A stretch of DNA of 64,000 nucleotides from Candidatus Hydrogenedentota bacterium (GTDB taxonomy: Bacteria > Hydrogenedentota > Hydrogenedentia > Hydrogenedentales > CAILVY01), in contig JAKQOG010000028.1 in NCBI GenBank assembly GCA_029565395.1, positions 8,362 to 72,361 of the forward strand, in the 5' to 3' direction. Both the position numbers and the translations under genes were made by a program. Below the pieces are notes generated by a model. The model was not told the DNA's origin. It did not search any database and saw only the letters and a list, made by a program, of their open reading frames with translations. Positions 36,638-46,422 of this stretch are shown here, piece by piece. Positions within the stretch are counted from its first letter, which is position 1; every line of letters starts with the position of its first letter.

Positions 36638-36853
36638 GGCGCATCTCCTTTTGCGTTTGGCTAGAGTCATGTGCACGCATTTTATGTGCATCGCGCCCCC
36701 TGAGTCCAATGCTTGATACATCGTCTTTGCTGCACGTTACCAAGGAAAGCGATGAAACACGCCTCAGGTGCGAAGAGAGCCCGTTAACAGGTAAAATGCC
36801 ATTGGAATGGACACAACAGGAAAAGATAAGTATAAATGGGTTAAAGGATTGAT

Positions 36854-37984
36854 GTGAGCACGGCGGAACACGAAAACCTGATAAGCATGGCGCGGCTGTA
36901 TGAAACGGCCCAGCGCGCCTACAGCGCCATTCCCTATCATTTTTTCAAGGGTGGATATTCTTTTCCCGCGTGGCATTACTATTTTGAAGTTACCCGCCGG
37001 TGCAATCTGCGCTGCCGCATGTGCCAGTACATCGAGTGGCTCGAAAATATGCCCGCCACCCAACAAAAAGAGGGGGAATTGACAACAGAGGAGTGGCATC
37101 ACGTTATTGATCAAGCGGGTCGGCTGAGTTTTATCACCTTTACCGGAGGCGAACCCTTTGTACGGCAGGATTTCCTTGAACTCCTGCAGCATGCAAGCCG
37201 TAAAGCACGGACGCATTTTATTTCGAATACGACGCTTCTGACGGAAGATCGGGCTGAGGCCGTGGTGGCCCTTGCACCCAAAAAAATGGGTCGATTGGGA
37301 CTCAATTTCGCCGGTACTTCCATTGAGGCGCCGGGCGAACTCCATGACGAAATCCGGCAGATGCCCGGCGCGTTTGAGCGTTCCATGAACGGCGTTCGAT
37401 TATTACGGATCTATCGTGAAAAGGCCGGCAAGTCCTGTCCGGCGATCCATGTGACCACCGTGCTGCAGACCGCGAGCATCGATGTGTTGCATCTTATGCC
37501 GAAATTATTAAAAGAGGCGGGAGTGGACGTAATGAACCTTGTTACGGAAACCCGTATTTTCGATGTGCCCGGATTTGGAGAACGCGATCCTGTGTCCTAC
37601 CGCCGCGACGAGGTTCACTGGCCAAAGATAGAGCGCGGCAAACTGGCCCAGGCGCTGGACACAACGATTGCCAACGCCAAATCGGCCGGAATCGAGATCC
37701 GCCTGCCGCGCATGCCCCGGGAAGCCCTCCTCGACTACTACGATCAGGGTCTTCACTTGGGGCAATTTGAGTGTCGAAATCCCTGGAACACGTTGATTGT
37801 GGGACGTCAAGGCGATGCATATCCCTGTTGGCTGGTGAAAATCGGAAACGTTCGCGAACACACCCTCAAGGAGTTATGGAACAATCTCACGGTCCGAGAA
37901 TTCCGCCAGACTTGTCAAAAACACCTCTTCGCGGTATGCCCCGGCTGTTGTTTTTTGGAACACAAAACCCGCCGGAAATACTGA
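36854..37984 (+). CDS. Radical SAM enzyme with C-terminal SPASM-like domain
   Basis: CxxxCxxC motif (RRCNLRCRMCQY) and a C-terminal Cys cluster (CRNPW..GDAYPCW..GNV..CPGCC). The GTG 36854 start is uncertain; ATG 36887 is an alternative. Confidence 0.8.
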   Translation: MSTAEHENLISMARLYETAQRAYSAIPYHFFKGGYSFPAWHYYFEVTRRCNLRCRMCQYIEWLENMPATQQKEGELTTEEWHHVIDQAGRLSFITFTGGEPFVRQDFLELLQHASRKARTHFISNTTLLTEDRAEAVVALAPKKMGRLGLNFAGTSIEAPGELHDEIRQMPGAFERSMNGVRLLRIYREKAGKSCPAIHVTTVLQTASIDVLHLMPKLLKEAGVDVMNLVTETRIFDVPGFGERDPVSYRRDEVHWPKIERGKLAQALDTTIANAKSAGIEIRLPRMPREALLDYYDQGLHLGQFECRNPWNTLIVGRQGDAYPCWLVKIGNVREHTLKELWNNLTVREFRQTCQKHLFAVCPGCCFLEHKTRRKY

Positions 37985-38028
37985 ATGCAGGGGTAAAAAA
38001 CCCTTAAGATCCTGGCACGGGGAACAGT

Positions 38029-38898
38029 TTAGGAGTAATTGCGCACGCGGGTGGAGATAAACCCGACCTGTCCGTAGCGGACACCCATGTGTTTTGCGAC
38101 GACAGGGCATTTTGCGCGCAGCATCAGAAAAACGTCCCCGGGAAAATCATCCACCGTTTCATAGTTCCCCTGTCCCTTTCCGAGAAGGATACCGGCGCGC
38201 CGCATCCGGGCGAGAAAATGTTCCGGCACCAGATGCAGGGGGCTCCCGACAAAAGCCCCGCCGTTGTCGATCACCTTACAAATTCGCGTAAGCCCCACGT
38301 GTTCGGCATCGGCCATAAGCGCGTCATTGATGATGGGACCGGCTTTCACCACCGCCGTAACCTGGGTGTGTTTGAGCAGTTCCTCGATTAGAATTTTATC
38401 AAAGACAATCTCCCCCGCATTGTCCAGTAAAAACAGCAGATCCGTGCAACTCGCCAGCGATTCCCTGAACGCCGGGGTATGATCCACTGCAAATCGTTCT
38501 TCCATAGCCTGTTCGATGGCGGCACGGATATCGATTTCCTGGGCATGCATGGTGCCGAGATCGATCACATTGCCGGCCGCGGAAAGATGGAGGGCAGCCA
38601 CTAACGGATCCGGGCTGGCTTTAATCCGCTCCCGCATTTCCGCTTCAAGGGCAAGTGCCATTTCATTTTGTTCCCGCTTCGCGTCACGATAAGGATCTTC
38701 GATCCCTGTCAGCCGGGAGGTGATTTCATACGCCACCTGAGACAGCGCCGCAGGGGACTTATCCAGGTCCATCCCCGGCAACAGCACAGCCACTTTGTCC
38801 AGGATATGGCGCTGAAGGGCTTCATCCGCCGTGGCGCGCCGCGCCACCCGCAACGCTTGCGTCACAATGCATTCCAAACAATCTAAGGTCGCTTTCAC
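38029..38898 (-). CDS. DUF89 / ARMT1-like damage-control phosphatase family protein
   Basis: N-terminal CLECI motif, the DNAGEIVFD motif, and the KGQGNYE motif, all typical of DUF89. Confidence 0.8.
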   Translation of the reverse strand: MKATLDCLECIVTQALRVARRATADEALQRHILDKVAVLLPGMDLDKSPAALSQVAYEITSRLTGIEDPYRDAKREQNEMALALEAEMRERIKASPDPLVAALHLSAAGNVIDLGTMHAQEIDIRAAIEQAMEERFAVDHTPAFRESLASCTDLLFLLDNAGEIVFDKILIEELLKHTQVTAVVKAGPIINDALMADAEHVGLTRICKVIDNGGAFVGSPLHLVPEHFLARMRRAGILLGKGQGNYETVDDFPGDVFLMLRAKCPVVAKHMGVRYGQVGFISTRVRNYS

Positions 38899-39169
38899 TA
38901 CAAGTCCTTTCCTGCCGCCAACGCGCTAAGGGTATCGCATTGGAATCCTGTCAGTCCAATGGGGCGGGTGGATGATGGCGCGCGTGACATGCCCTACAGG
39001 AGGCATGGAGGTTTAGCCGGTGGTTCAGAAGTTGCCGTGGGCGTAGCGTTTATGGTATGCTCCGGCCATAAAAATTCACAGGGGTTTCGTCCTTTGTTAT
39101 GGCTTGGGTGCCCGGCGTGTGGCCGGGTGTGCCGGAAACCCCGAGGTTAAACCCAAACGGAGAAGAATC

Positions 39170-39970
39170 ATGCCTATTGTTACCATGCGTCAATTGTTGG
39201 AGGCCGGCATCCATTTCGGCCACCAGACCCGCCGTTGGCATCCCAAGATGGCCCGGTATATTTATGGCCAGCGCAACGGCATCTACATCATCGATTTGAA
39301 GCACACCATGCGCCAGCTTTATCAGGCGTACATGCTGGTCCGCGACACGGTGGCCGAGGGGGGCACGGTGTTGTTTGTCGGCACGAAGCGCCAGGCCCAG
39401 GAAGCCGTACAGCGCGAATCGCGGCGGTGTGGCATGCATTATGTGACCAGCCGGTGGCTGGGCGGCACACTGACGAATTTTAAGACGGTCCGTTCCAGCA
39501 TCCAGGAATTGCTCCGGCTTCAGGAACTCGAAACGACCGGGAAAATCGAGCAATACGGCAAGAAGGAAGCCACCGCGTTGCGCAAGCGCCGTGGGAAACT
39601 GGACAAGAACCTCTCCGGCATCATCAACATGAACGGGACGCCGGATGTATTGTTTGTTATTGACGCCAAGCGCGAAGACATTGCGGTGAAGGAAGCGGTG
39701 CGGCTGGGCATTCCCTGCATTGGCATTGTAGACACGAATTGCGATCCGGACGATGTGTCGCTGCCGATTCCCGGCAACGATGACGCCATCCGCGCGGTCA
39801 GTCTGTTCTGTCAAGTGATCGCGGACGCGGTGCTGGAAGGCCGGATGAAAGGCGAGAAACTTCTGAGTGAGAACCCGGATCGCCGTCCGGCGCGCCGCAA
39901 GGCCGTGGAAGAAGAACCCGTGAAAGCTGAAACGGCCGAAGACGAAGAAACAGTGGTAGAGACGATGTAA
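39170..39970 (+). CDS. rpsB: 30S ribosomal protein S2
   Basis: MPIVTMRQLLEAGIHFGHQTRRWHPKM..YIYG.RNGIYIIDL. The translation is unambiguous. Confidence 0.96.
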   Translation: MPIVTMRQLLEAGIHFGHQTRRWHPKMARYIYGQRNGIYIIDLKHTMRQLYQAYMLVRDTVAEGGTVLFVGTKRQAQEAVQRESRRCGMHYVTSRWLGGTLTNFKTVRSSIQELLRLQELETTGKIEQYGKKEATALRKRRGKLDKNLSGIINMNGTPDVLFVIDAKREDIAVKEAVRLGIPCIGIVDTNCDPDDVSLPIPGNDDAIRAVSLFCQVIADAVLEGRMKGEKLLSENPDRRPARRKAVEEEPVKAETAEDEETVVETM

Positions 39971-40012
39971 CCCGCGCACTTGGAACGCGCTTTTTCTTAA
40001 GGAGAGACGACG

Positions 40013-40687
40013 ATGGCGATTACAGCGAATGACGTGAAGAACCTGCGTGAATCGACAGGCGCGGGCATGATGGATTGCAAACGGGCCCTGACGGAAAACA
40101 ATGGCGACTTTGACAAGGCGGTGGTGTGGCTGCGGGAACGCGGCATGGCCAAGGCGGCCAAACGCGCGGGCAAAGTGGCGGCGGAAGGCATGATTGCCCA
40201 TTATATTCATATGGGCGGAAAAATCGGCGTGTTGGTGGAAGTGAATTGCGAGACGGATTTCGTGGCGCGCGGCGCCGATTTCCAGACTTTCGCCAAGGAC
40301 CTCTGCCTGCAGGTATGTTCCGCGAATCCCCGCTGGGTGGAGCCGGAAGACGTGCCGCAGGAAGTGTTGGAGAGCGAGAAACAGATTTATGTCAAGCAGG
40401 CTCTGGAAACGGGGAAACCCCAGAATGTATGTGAAAAAATTGCCGACGGCAAGCTGAAGAAATGGTACGAGGAAGTCTGCTTGTTGAAACAGGTGTCCGT
40501 AAAGCCGGAACATGAGGGCAAGACCTTTGAACAGTTGATTGCCGAACTTACGGGCAAGTGCGGAGAGAAGATATCGGTCCGGCGCTTCGTCCGCTGGCAG
40601 GTTGGCGAAGGCATTGACAAGCCGGTGAGCAACCTGGCGGAAGAAGTGGCGGCGGAACTGGCGAAAGCGGAAGCGAAAAACGCCTAG
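40013..40687 (+). CDS. tsf: Translation elongation factor Ts (short form)
   Basis: ITANDVKNLRESTGAGMMDCKRAL..VNCETDFVAR. RBS AAGGAGAG. Confidence 0.96.
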   Translation: MAITANDVKNLRESTGAGMMDCKRALTENNGDFDKAVVWLRERGMAKAAKRAGKVAAEGMIAHYIHMGGKIGVLVEVNCETDFVARGADFQTFAKDLCLQVCSANPRWVEPEDVPQEVLESEKQIYVKQALETGKPQNVCEKIADGKLKKWYEEVCLLKQVSVKPEHEGKTFEQLIAELTGKCGEKISVRRFVRWQVGEGIDKPVSNLAEEVAAELAKAEAKNA

Positions 40688-40702
40688 TACAAGGAGCGTC
40701 GC

Positions 40703-41425
40703 GTGGCGGCCTCGATCTACAAGCGCATCCTGCTGAAACTCAGCGGTGAAGCCCTGGAGGGCAAGCCGGGTTCCGGCAGCATCGATTTCGGCATTGTGGG
40801 AAGTCTCTGCGATGAAATTGTGGAAGCCCATGCCATGGGCGTGGAGATCGGGCTGGTGGTCGGCGGCGGCAATATTTTCCGGGGCGCCAAAGGCGCCGAA
40901 ACCGGACTGGACCGGCCCACCGGCGATTATATGGGCATGCTTGCCACCGTGATTAACGCGCTGGCCATTCAAGCCTCGCTGGACAAGCGGGGCCTGCCCA
41001 CCCGGGTAATGACGGCGATTGAAATGCGCCCTGTGGCGGAGCCCTATATCCGCCGCCGCGCCAATCGCCACCTGGAAAAGGGCCGCGTGGTTATTTTCGG
41101 CGCGGGCACGGGCAATCCGTTTTTCTCCACCGATACGGCGGCGGCTTTGCGCGCCAGCGAGATTGGCGCGGAGATTCTGCTGAAGGCCACGAAGGTGGAT
41201 GGGGTGTATGACGACGACCCCGTGACAAATCCGAATGCAAAACGGTATGATCGCCTGGATTACACGACAGTGCTTGCGAAGAAATTGCGGGTGATGGACG
41301 CCACGGCGATCTCGCTTTGCCGCGAGAACAACCTGCCGATCCTGGTGTTTGACCTGAATCGTCCCGGCAGCATTCTGAGTGTATTGAAAGGTGAAGCTAT
41401 AGGCACGTTGGTGCGGGGAGAGTGA
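40703..41425 (+). CDS. pyrH: UMP kinase
   Basis: [23 protein letters not shown].. with a GTG start. The position after tsf is conserved. Confidence 0.94.
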   Translation: MAASIYKRILLKLSGEALEGKPGSGSIDFGIVGSLCDEIVEAHAMGVEIGLVVGGGNIFRGAKGAETGLDRPTGDYMGMLATVINALAIQASLDKRGLPTRVMTAIEMRPVAEPYIRRRANRHLEKGRVVIFGAGTGNPFFSTDTAAALRASEIGAEILLKATKVDGVYDDDPVTNPNAKRYDRLDYTTVLAKKLRVMDATAISLCRENNLPILVFDLNRPGSILSVLKGEAIGTLVRGE

Positions 41426-41428
41426 ACC

Positions 41429-41986
41429 ATGTTGCATGCGATTGTAAAAGACGCAACAGCTAAAATGGACAAGAGCGTGGAGGCCTTTCAGCAGGAACTG
41501 GGCAGCATCCGGACCGGCCGCGCCACAGCGGGCCTGTTGGATGTAGTGGATGTTGATGCCTATGGATCGCGGATGAAGATTAATCAATTGGGCACCGTCA
41601 CGGTTCCGGACCCCCACCTGATCGCCATTGACCTCTGGGACAAGAGCCAGATGCACACGGTGGAAAAGGCGATTTTGGCGTCGCCGCTCGGACTGAATCC
41701 CTCGAACGATGGAAAAATTATCCGGGTGCCCTTTCCTCCGTTGAGCGAGGAGCGGCGCAAGGATTTGGTGAAGGTGGCCAGGAAGCTGGCGGAAGAGGCG
41801 CGCGTGTCGGTGCGGAATATCCGGCGTCACGCCGTGGAAGAGATCAAAACCTCCCAGAAAGACGGGAAAATACCGGAAGATGACGCGCATCATTTGACGG
41901 ATGAAACGCAGAAGGTCACGGACAAGCACATTGCCCGGATCGATGAAGCACTGGCCGCAAAAGAAGCCGATATCATGGAAGTATAA
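41429..41986 (+). CDS. frr: Ribosome recycling factor
   Basis: ..FQQELGSIRTGRA..LSEERRKDLVK..RNIRR.. is typical RRF. Confidence 0.95.
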   Translation: MLHAIVKDATAKMDKSVEAFQQELGSIRTGRATAGLLDVVDVDAYGSRMKINQLGTVTVPDPHLIAIDLWDKSQMHTVEKAILASPLGLNPSNDGKIIRVPFPPLSEERRKDLVKVARKLAEEARVSVRNIRRHAVEEIKTSQKDGKIPEDDAHHLTDETQKVTDKHIARIDEALAAKEADIMEV

Positions 41987-42066
41987 CGAGATGCCGCACC
42001 CCCACAACTGACGAGTATCACCGCCGTGCAATGCGCCCCTGCGCGTTACGCGGCGGTGTTTTGTTT

Positions 42067-42807
42067 ATGGACGCACTACGCATGATGCACTCCTTAAAAG
42101 ACGATAAACGCATAGACCCGGAAAAGCTTCCCCGGCACATCGCCATTATCATGGACGGGAACGGCCGCTGGGCGAAGCAACACGGGAAAGCCCGGGTGCA
42201 GGGCCACGAAGCCGGCGCACGGAGCGTCCGCGCGGTGATCGAGGCGTGCCGGGAGTTGAGCGTGCCCGTGCTGAGCCTGTATGCCTTTTCCACGGAAAAC
42301 TGGCGTAGATCCGCGGGCGAGGTCAATGCCTTGTTCCGGTTGTTGAGCAAGTACATCCACAAGGAAATCGGGGAATTGCACAAGAATGACATCCGGGTGC
42401 GGTTCATGGGCCGCTGGGAAGGATTGCCAAAACGCGCCGTGGACGATTTGCGCTATTGCATCGAATTAACAAAGGACAACCAGTCACTGACCGTGAATGT
42501 GGCGATAAACTATGGCGGCCGCGCCGAAATTGTGGATGCGGCCCGGAGTCTGATAAAAAAAGGCGTTGCGCCAGACAAACTCACGGAGGAACTTTTTGCG
42601 CAGGCGTTGTATCAGCCTGAATTTAGCGAGGTGGATTTGCTGATCCGGACCAGCGGCGAGGTGCGGGTGAGCAATTTCATGCTGTGGCAGATTTCCTATG
42701 CTGAAATGCAGTTTCCGGAAGTGCTCTGGCCGGACTTCAGTAAGGAGCATCTGTGCGACGCCATTGCGGAATATCAGTCGCGGAAGCGGCGTTTTGGAGG
42801 ACGGTAA
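42067..42807 (+). CDS. uppS: Isoprenyl transferase (undecaprenyl-diphosphate synthase)
   Basis: HIAIIMDGNGRWA..FSTENW.R...EV..L and ..IRTSGE.R.SNF.LWQ..YAE. Confidence 0.92.
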   Translation: MDALRMMHSLKDDKRIDPEKLPRHIAIIMDGNGRWAKQHGKARVQGHEAGARSVRAVIEACRELSVPVLSLYAFSTENWRRSAGEVNALFRLLSKYIHKEIGELHKNDIRVRFMGRWEGLPKRAVDDLRYCIELTKDNQSLTVNVAINYGGRAEIVDAARSLIKKGVAPDKLTEELFAQALYQPEFSEVDLLIRTSGEVRVSNFMLWQISYAEMQFPEVLWPDFSKEHLCDAIAEYQSRKRRFGGR

Positions 42808-43646
42808 TGTTTTTGGGTAAACGCGGAGCGGTGATGCAGCGGTTAATGACCGCCGCGGTGTATATCCCCCTTGTGCTGGCGCTGGTATTGCTTCCCGCGC
42901 TGTCCGTGGTATTTCTGCTGTTCTGTACGGGCATGGCCGTATTGGGCATACAGGAATTCCTAGCGATGGCGAGAATCAAGGGGATAGTGGCTGAGAAGAC
43001 ATGCGCCATGCTTTCTTGTGCGGCGATCATGCTGAGTGCCTACGCGGGCAGTGTGGATATTATGGCGATGGTATTTTTTACGGGCACGGCGCTGACGGCG
43101 TGGGTGCATATTCTGCGCGGCACATGGTCGTTTCAGGGGCTGCTTGCTTCCGTGTTTGGTGTGTTTTACGTGGGTTGGCTGCCGGCCCATTTTGTATTGC
43201 TGCATCGTTTCCCGGCGATTGGCCCGGGATTGATCATCCTGTTGTGTGTGGGCGTGATGTGCTCCGATGCGGGCGCGTTTATTGCGGGAAAAACCTTTGG
43301 GAAGCACAAGCTTGCGGCTAGGGTTAGCCCGAACAAGACCTGGGAAGGGGCTGTCGGCGGTGTGCTCGCGGCTGTATTTGGGGCGCTCATACTTTATCTC
43401 CTGTGCGCCATCTTTGACTGGCAGTGTTATCCGCACTGGAGGCTCATGGCATATGTATTGTCGTGCGCAGCTTTGTCGATAGTAAGTCAGATTGGCGATC
43501 TGGTGGAATCGGTGTTGAAGCGCGGGGCCGGCGTAAAAGACTCCGGCACGATTTTCCCCGGACATGGGGGGGTGTTGGATCGATGCGATGGGTTATTATT
43601 CGCCGCGCCCATGCTGTATTACCTGGCGGCGATCGGCGGGGTATAA
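42807..43646 (+). CDS. cdsA: Phosphatidate cytidylyltransferase
   Basis: The start overlaps the uppS stop (TAATG). The protein is multi-TM and has the C-terminal signature SVLKRGAGVKDSGTIFPGHGGVLDRCD. Confidence 0.88.
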   Translation: MFLGKRGAVMQRLMTAAVYIPLVLALVLLPALSVVFLLFCTGMAVLGIQEFLAMARIKGIVAEKTCAMLSCAAIMLSAYAGSVDIMAMVFFTGTALTAWVHILRGTWSFQGLLASVFGVFYVGWLPAHFVLLHRFPAIGPGLIILLCVGVMCSDAGAFIAGKTFGKHKLAARVSPNKTWEGAVGGVLAAVFGALILYLLCAIFDWQCYPHWRLMAYVLSCAALSIVSQIGDLVESVLKRGAGVKDSGTIFPGHGGVLDRCDGLLFAAPMLYYLAAIGGV

Positions 43647-43648
43647 CG

Positions 43649-44785
43649 ATGTACGAAATGGAAGCGGCGGACATTCAGGAATTCAAGCAGCGGCTGCTGG
43701 AATTGCGTTCGTGTTTGAATGTTGACGGGATTAAGGAGCAGATTGCGGAGATCGAGCATGAAATGACCGCGTCCGGATTCTGGGACGAGCCGGAACGGGC
43801 GCAGAAGGTCATGCAGGAGCTCAAGGCGTTCAAAGCGGTGGTGAGCGCGCCGGATGATTTGCACCGCGAACTGGCCGACGCCGAGGTGCTCATTCAGATG
43901 GCACAAGAAGAAGAGGATGCATCCCTTGGCGGGGAAATCGCGGCACTGCATGAGAAATTAAGCAAGGAAATCCATCAACTGGAACTAAACAGTTTGTTCA
44001 CGGATCCGCGCGATACCAAGCCTGTTCTACTGAGCATCCATCCTGGAGCGGGCGGCACGGAATCGTGTGATTGGGCGAGCATTTTGTACCGCATGATCCT
44101 TCGTTTCTGCGAAATCAAGGAATTTCAGGTGGAGGTGCTGGATTATTTGCCTGGAGAAGAAGCGGGGGTGAAGAGCGTGACGATCCGGGTGGCGGGACCG
44201 TATGCATACGGCTTGTTAAAGTCGGAAGCGGGCGTGCACCGGCTGGTCCGCATATCCCCATTCGATGCGAACAAGCGGCGGCACACTTCCTTCACCGCCA
44301 TCGAAGTGATCTCGGAAATTGATGAAGACATCAGTATTGAAATCCGGGAAGAGGACTTGAAGATGGATGTGTTTCGTTCGAGCGGCGCGGGCGGGCAAAA
44401 AGTGAACAAGACCAGTTCCGCGGTGCGCCTCACGCATTTGCCCACGGGCTTTGTGGTGTCTTGCCAGATTGAACGGTCGCAACACCGCAACCGCGCCACC
44501 GCCTTGAATATGCTCAAGGCGAAATTGTATGACCAGGAAGTGCGGAAGAAAGAAGCCGAACTGGCCTCCCAGCGCGACGGGCAGCAGGACGTGGCCTGGG
44601 GAAGCCAGATCCGCAGCTATGTTTTACAGCCGTATCAAATGATCAAGGATCACCGTACCGGCGCGGAGACCAGCAATGTGGACCGCGTGCTGGACGGCGA
44701 GTTGGACATGTTTATCGAAGCCTATCTTAAGTGGAGTCTGGAACAGCGCAGCAAGAGCGCCCCCGCGCGGGCCGGGGCAAAATAA
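43649..44785 (+). CDS. prfB: Peptide chain release factor 2 (uninterrupted, no programmed frameshift)
   Basis: SPF tripeptide (RISPFD), the GGQ motif (SGAGGQKVNKT), and an RF2-type N-terminus. It is a single continuous ORF from ATG 43649. Confidence 0.92.
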   Translation: MYEMEAADIQEFKQRLLELRSCLNVDGIKEQIAEIEHEMTASGFWDEPERAQKVMQELKAFKAVVSAPDDLHRELADAEVLIQMAQEEEDASLGGEIAALHEKLSKEIHQLELNSLFTDPRDTKPVLLSIHPGAGGTESCDWASILYRMILRFCEIKEFQVEVLDYLPGEEAGVKSVTIRVAGPYAYGLLKSEAGVHRLVRISPFDANKRRHTSFTAIEVISEIDEDISIEIREEDLKMDVFRSSGAGGQKVNKTSSAVRLTHLPTGFVVSCQIERSQHRNRATALNMLKAKLYDQEVRKKEAELASQRDGQQDVAWGSQIRSYVLQPYQMIKDHRTGAETSNVDRVLDGELDMFIEAYLKWSLEQRSKSAPARAGAK

Positions 44786-44810
44786 CGCGGAGAGGAAAAG
44801 AAGGCCGGCC

Positions 44811-46313
44811 ATGGAACAGCAAGAGCATCATTCGACGGAACAGGATCTGCGTCAATTCCGGCTCAACAAGCTGGAGCGCATTCGCGCCCGGGGCGATGAC
44901 CCGTACAAGTATGCCTTCACGCGCACCTGCATGATAGGCGAGGCGCGGGCGGCGTTTGAAGAGGCGGAGGCGAAAGCCAGCGACGGGCAGTCCGCCGGGA
45001 TACCGGCCTCACTGGGCGGAAGAATCGTGGCATTCCGCGGCCATGGCAAGAGCGCCTTTGCGGATCTGCGGGATGAGACAGGCAAGATCCAGGTGTTTCT
45101 AGGTCTTAATCAAATTGGCGAGGCGGCCTATGCGGCCCTGGACGATCTGGATATCGGTGATTTCATCGGCGTGCATGGCATGGTCAAGCGGACGAAGCGC
45201 GGGGAGATCACCATTTTCGCCGAACGGTATGAAATCCTGTGCAAATCGCTGCGGGCATTGCCGGAAAAATGGCACGGACTCACTGACGTCGAGACCCGGT
45301 ACCGGCAGCGGTACCTGGACATGGCCGCGAACCCGGAAGTGCTGGATATTTTCAAGAAGCGCATCCAGTTGATCGCCGCGATGCGGGAATGGCTGGCGGA
45401 TCATGCGTTCTACGAGGTGGAAACGCCTATGCTGCATCCGATTCCCGGCGGGGCCACGGCGCGTCCGTTTATCACGCATCATAATACCTTCGATTGCGAT
45501 CTGTATTTGCGCATCGCCCCGGAACTGTATCTGAAGAAGCTGATTGTGGGCGGTTTTGACAAGGTGTTTGAGATCAACCGGTGTTTTCGCAATGAGGGGG
45601 TGGACACCAAGCACAATCCCGAATTCACCACGATGGAAATGTACGAGGCCTATCAGGATTACATGGGCCTTATGGGCGAGACCGAGGATATGCTCTGCTC
45701 GGTGATGGAAACGGTGCTGGGCGCGGCTACGTTCACCTATCAGGGCATGGAAATCAGCCTGGCGCGGCCTTGGCGGCGCATCACACTCCACGAGGCCATC
45801 CGGCAGTACGCGGGTATTGATCTGGAATCCACGCATGACCGCGATGAAGCGGCAAAGCGTGCAAAAAGCGCCGGCGTGGAAATCACGCCGGCGATGGGCT
45901 ACGGTAAAATCGTGGATGAGGTCATGTCGGCGAAAGTCATCCCGCACCTGATCCAACCCACTTTCCTCTATGACTATCCAATCGAACTCTCGCCGCTCGC
46001 GAAGAAGAAGCGCGGCAATCCGGCGTTGACGGAGCGCTTTCAACCGTTCATCGCGTGCCTGGAAGTGGGCAATGCCTTTTCCGAGTTGAACGATCCAATC
46101 GATCAGCGTGAACGCTTCATGGAGCAGGTGAAACTGCGGGAAGCGGGCGATGACGAGGCGCAATACCTCGACGAAGACTTTGTTACGGCGCTGGAGGTGG
46201 GCATGCCGCCCACGGCGGGCCTTGGCATCGGCCTGGACCGCCTCGCCATGCTCGTCACGGATTCCGCCTCTATCCGCGAGGTCATTTTTTTCCCGCAATT
46301 ACGGCTGGTGTGA
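44811..46313 (+). CDS. lysS: Lysine--tRNA ligase, class II
   Basis: ..RYRQRYLD.., ETPML..IPGGA.ARPF.THHN, FEI.RCFRNEG and ..GLGIG.DRL.M. The prfB-lysS linkage is conserved. Confidence 0.95.
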   Translation: MEQQEHHSTEQDLRQFRLNKLERIRARGDDPYKYAFTRTCMIGEARAAFEEAEAKASDGQSAGIPASLGGRIVAFRGHGKSAFADLRDETGKIQVFLGLNQIGEAAYAALDDLDIGDFIGVHGMVKRTKRGEITIFAERYEILCKSLRALPEKWHGLTDVETRYRQRYLDMAANPEVLDIFKKRIQLIAAMREWLADHAFYEVETPMLHPIPGGATARPFITHHNTFDCDLYLRIAPELYLKKLIVGGFDKVFEINRCFRNEGVDTKHNPEFTTMEMYEAYQDYMGLMGETEDMLCSVMETVLGAATFTYQGMEISLARPWRRITLHEAIRQYAGIDLESTHDRDEAAKRAKSAGVEITPAMGYGKIVDEVMSAKVIPHLIQPTFLYDYPIELSPLAKKKRGNPALTERFQPFIACLEVGNAFSELNDPIDQRERFMEQVKLREAGDDEAQYLDEDFVTALEVGMPPTAGLGIGLDRLAMLVTDSASIREVIFFPQLRLV

Positions 46314-46422
46314 CATCCGTTTCAGGAAATGAAACGCATAAAATGGCACAGGACCTTTTATTTTTGCACGAGCAGGGGGATTCCGGTTACGATAGCATGC
46401 TATTCGTAAGACAGATGAGCGC

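Noticed and set aside
36709-36852. 47-aa ORF (MLDTSSLLHVTKES..) ending 1 nt before the radical SAM/SPASM gene, as a possible RiPP precursor
   Set aside because: It has no Shine-Dalgarno sequence, uses rare AT-rich codons atypical of this genome, has no Cys/Gly-rich core or recognisable leader motif, and partly overlaps the divergent promoter region. This is insufficient evidence, although peptide-level searches could revisit it.
39050-42031. 993-aa minus-strand ORF spanning rpsB-tsf-pyrH-frr
   Set aside because: It is antisense to four unambiguous housekeeping genes, its composition is Arg/His/Ala/Gly-rich low complexity, and it has no RBS. This is a typical stop-free antisense frame in G+C-rich coding DNA.
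43700-43740. Expected programmed +1 frameshift site (CUU UGA C) of prfB
   Set aside because: The RF2 ORF is continuous from ATG 43649. The region equivalent to the frameshift site reads ..LRSCLNVDG.. (tgt ttg aat) in frame, with no in-frame UGA and no upstream SD-like stimulator. This is an ordinary non-frameshifted prfB.
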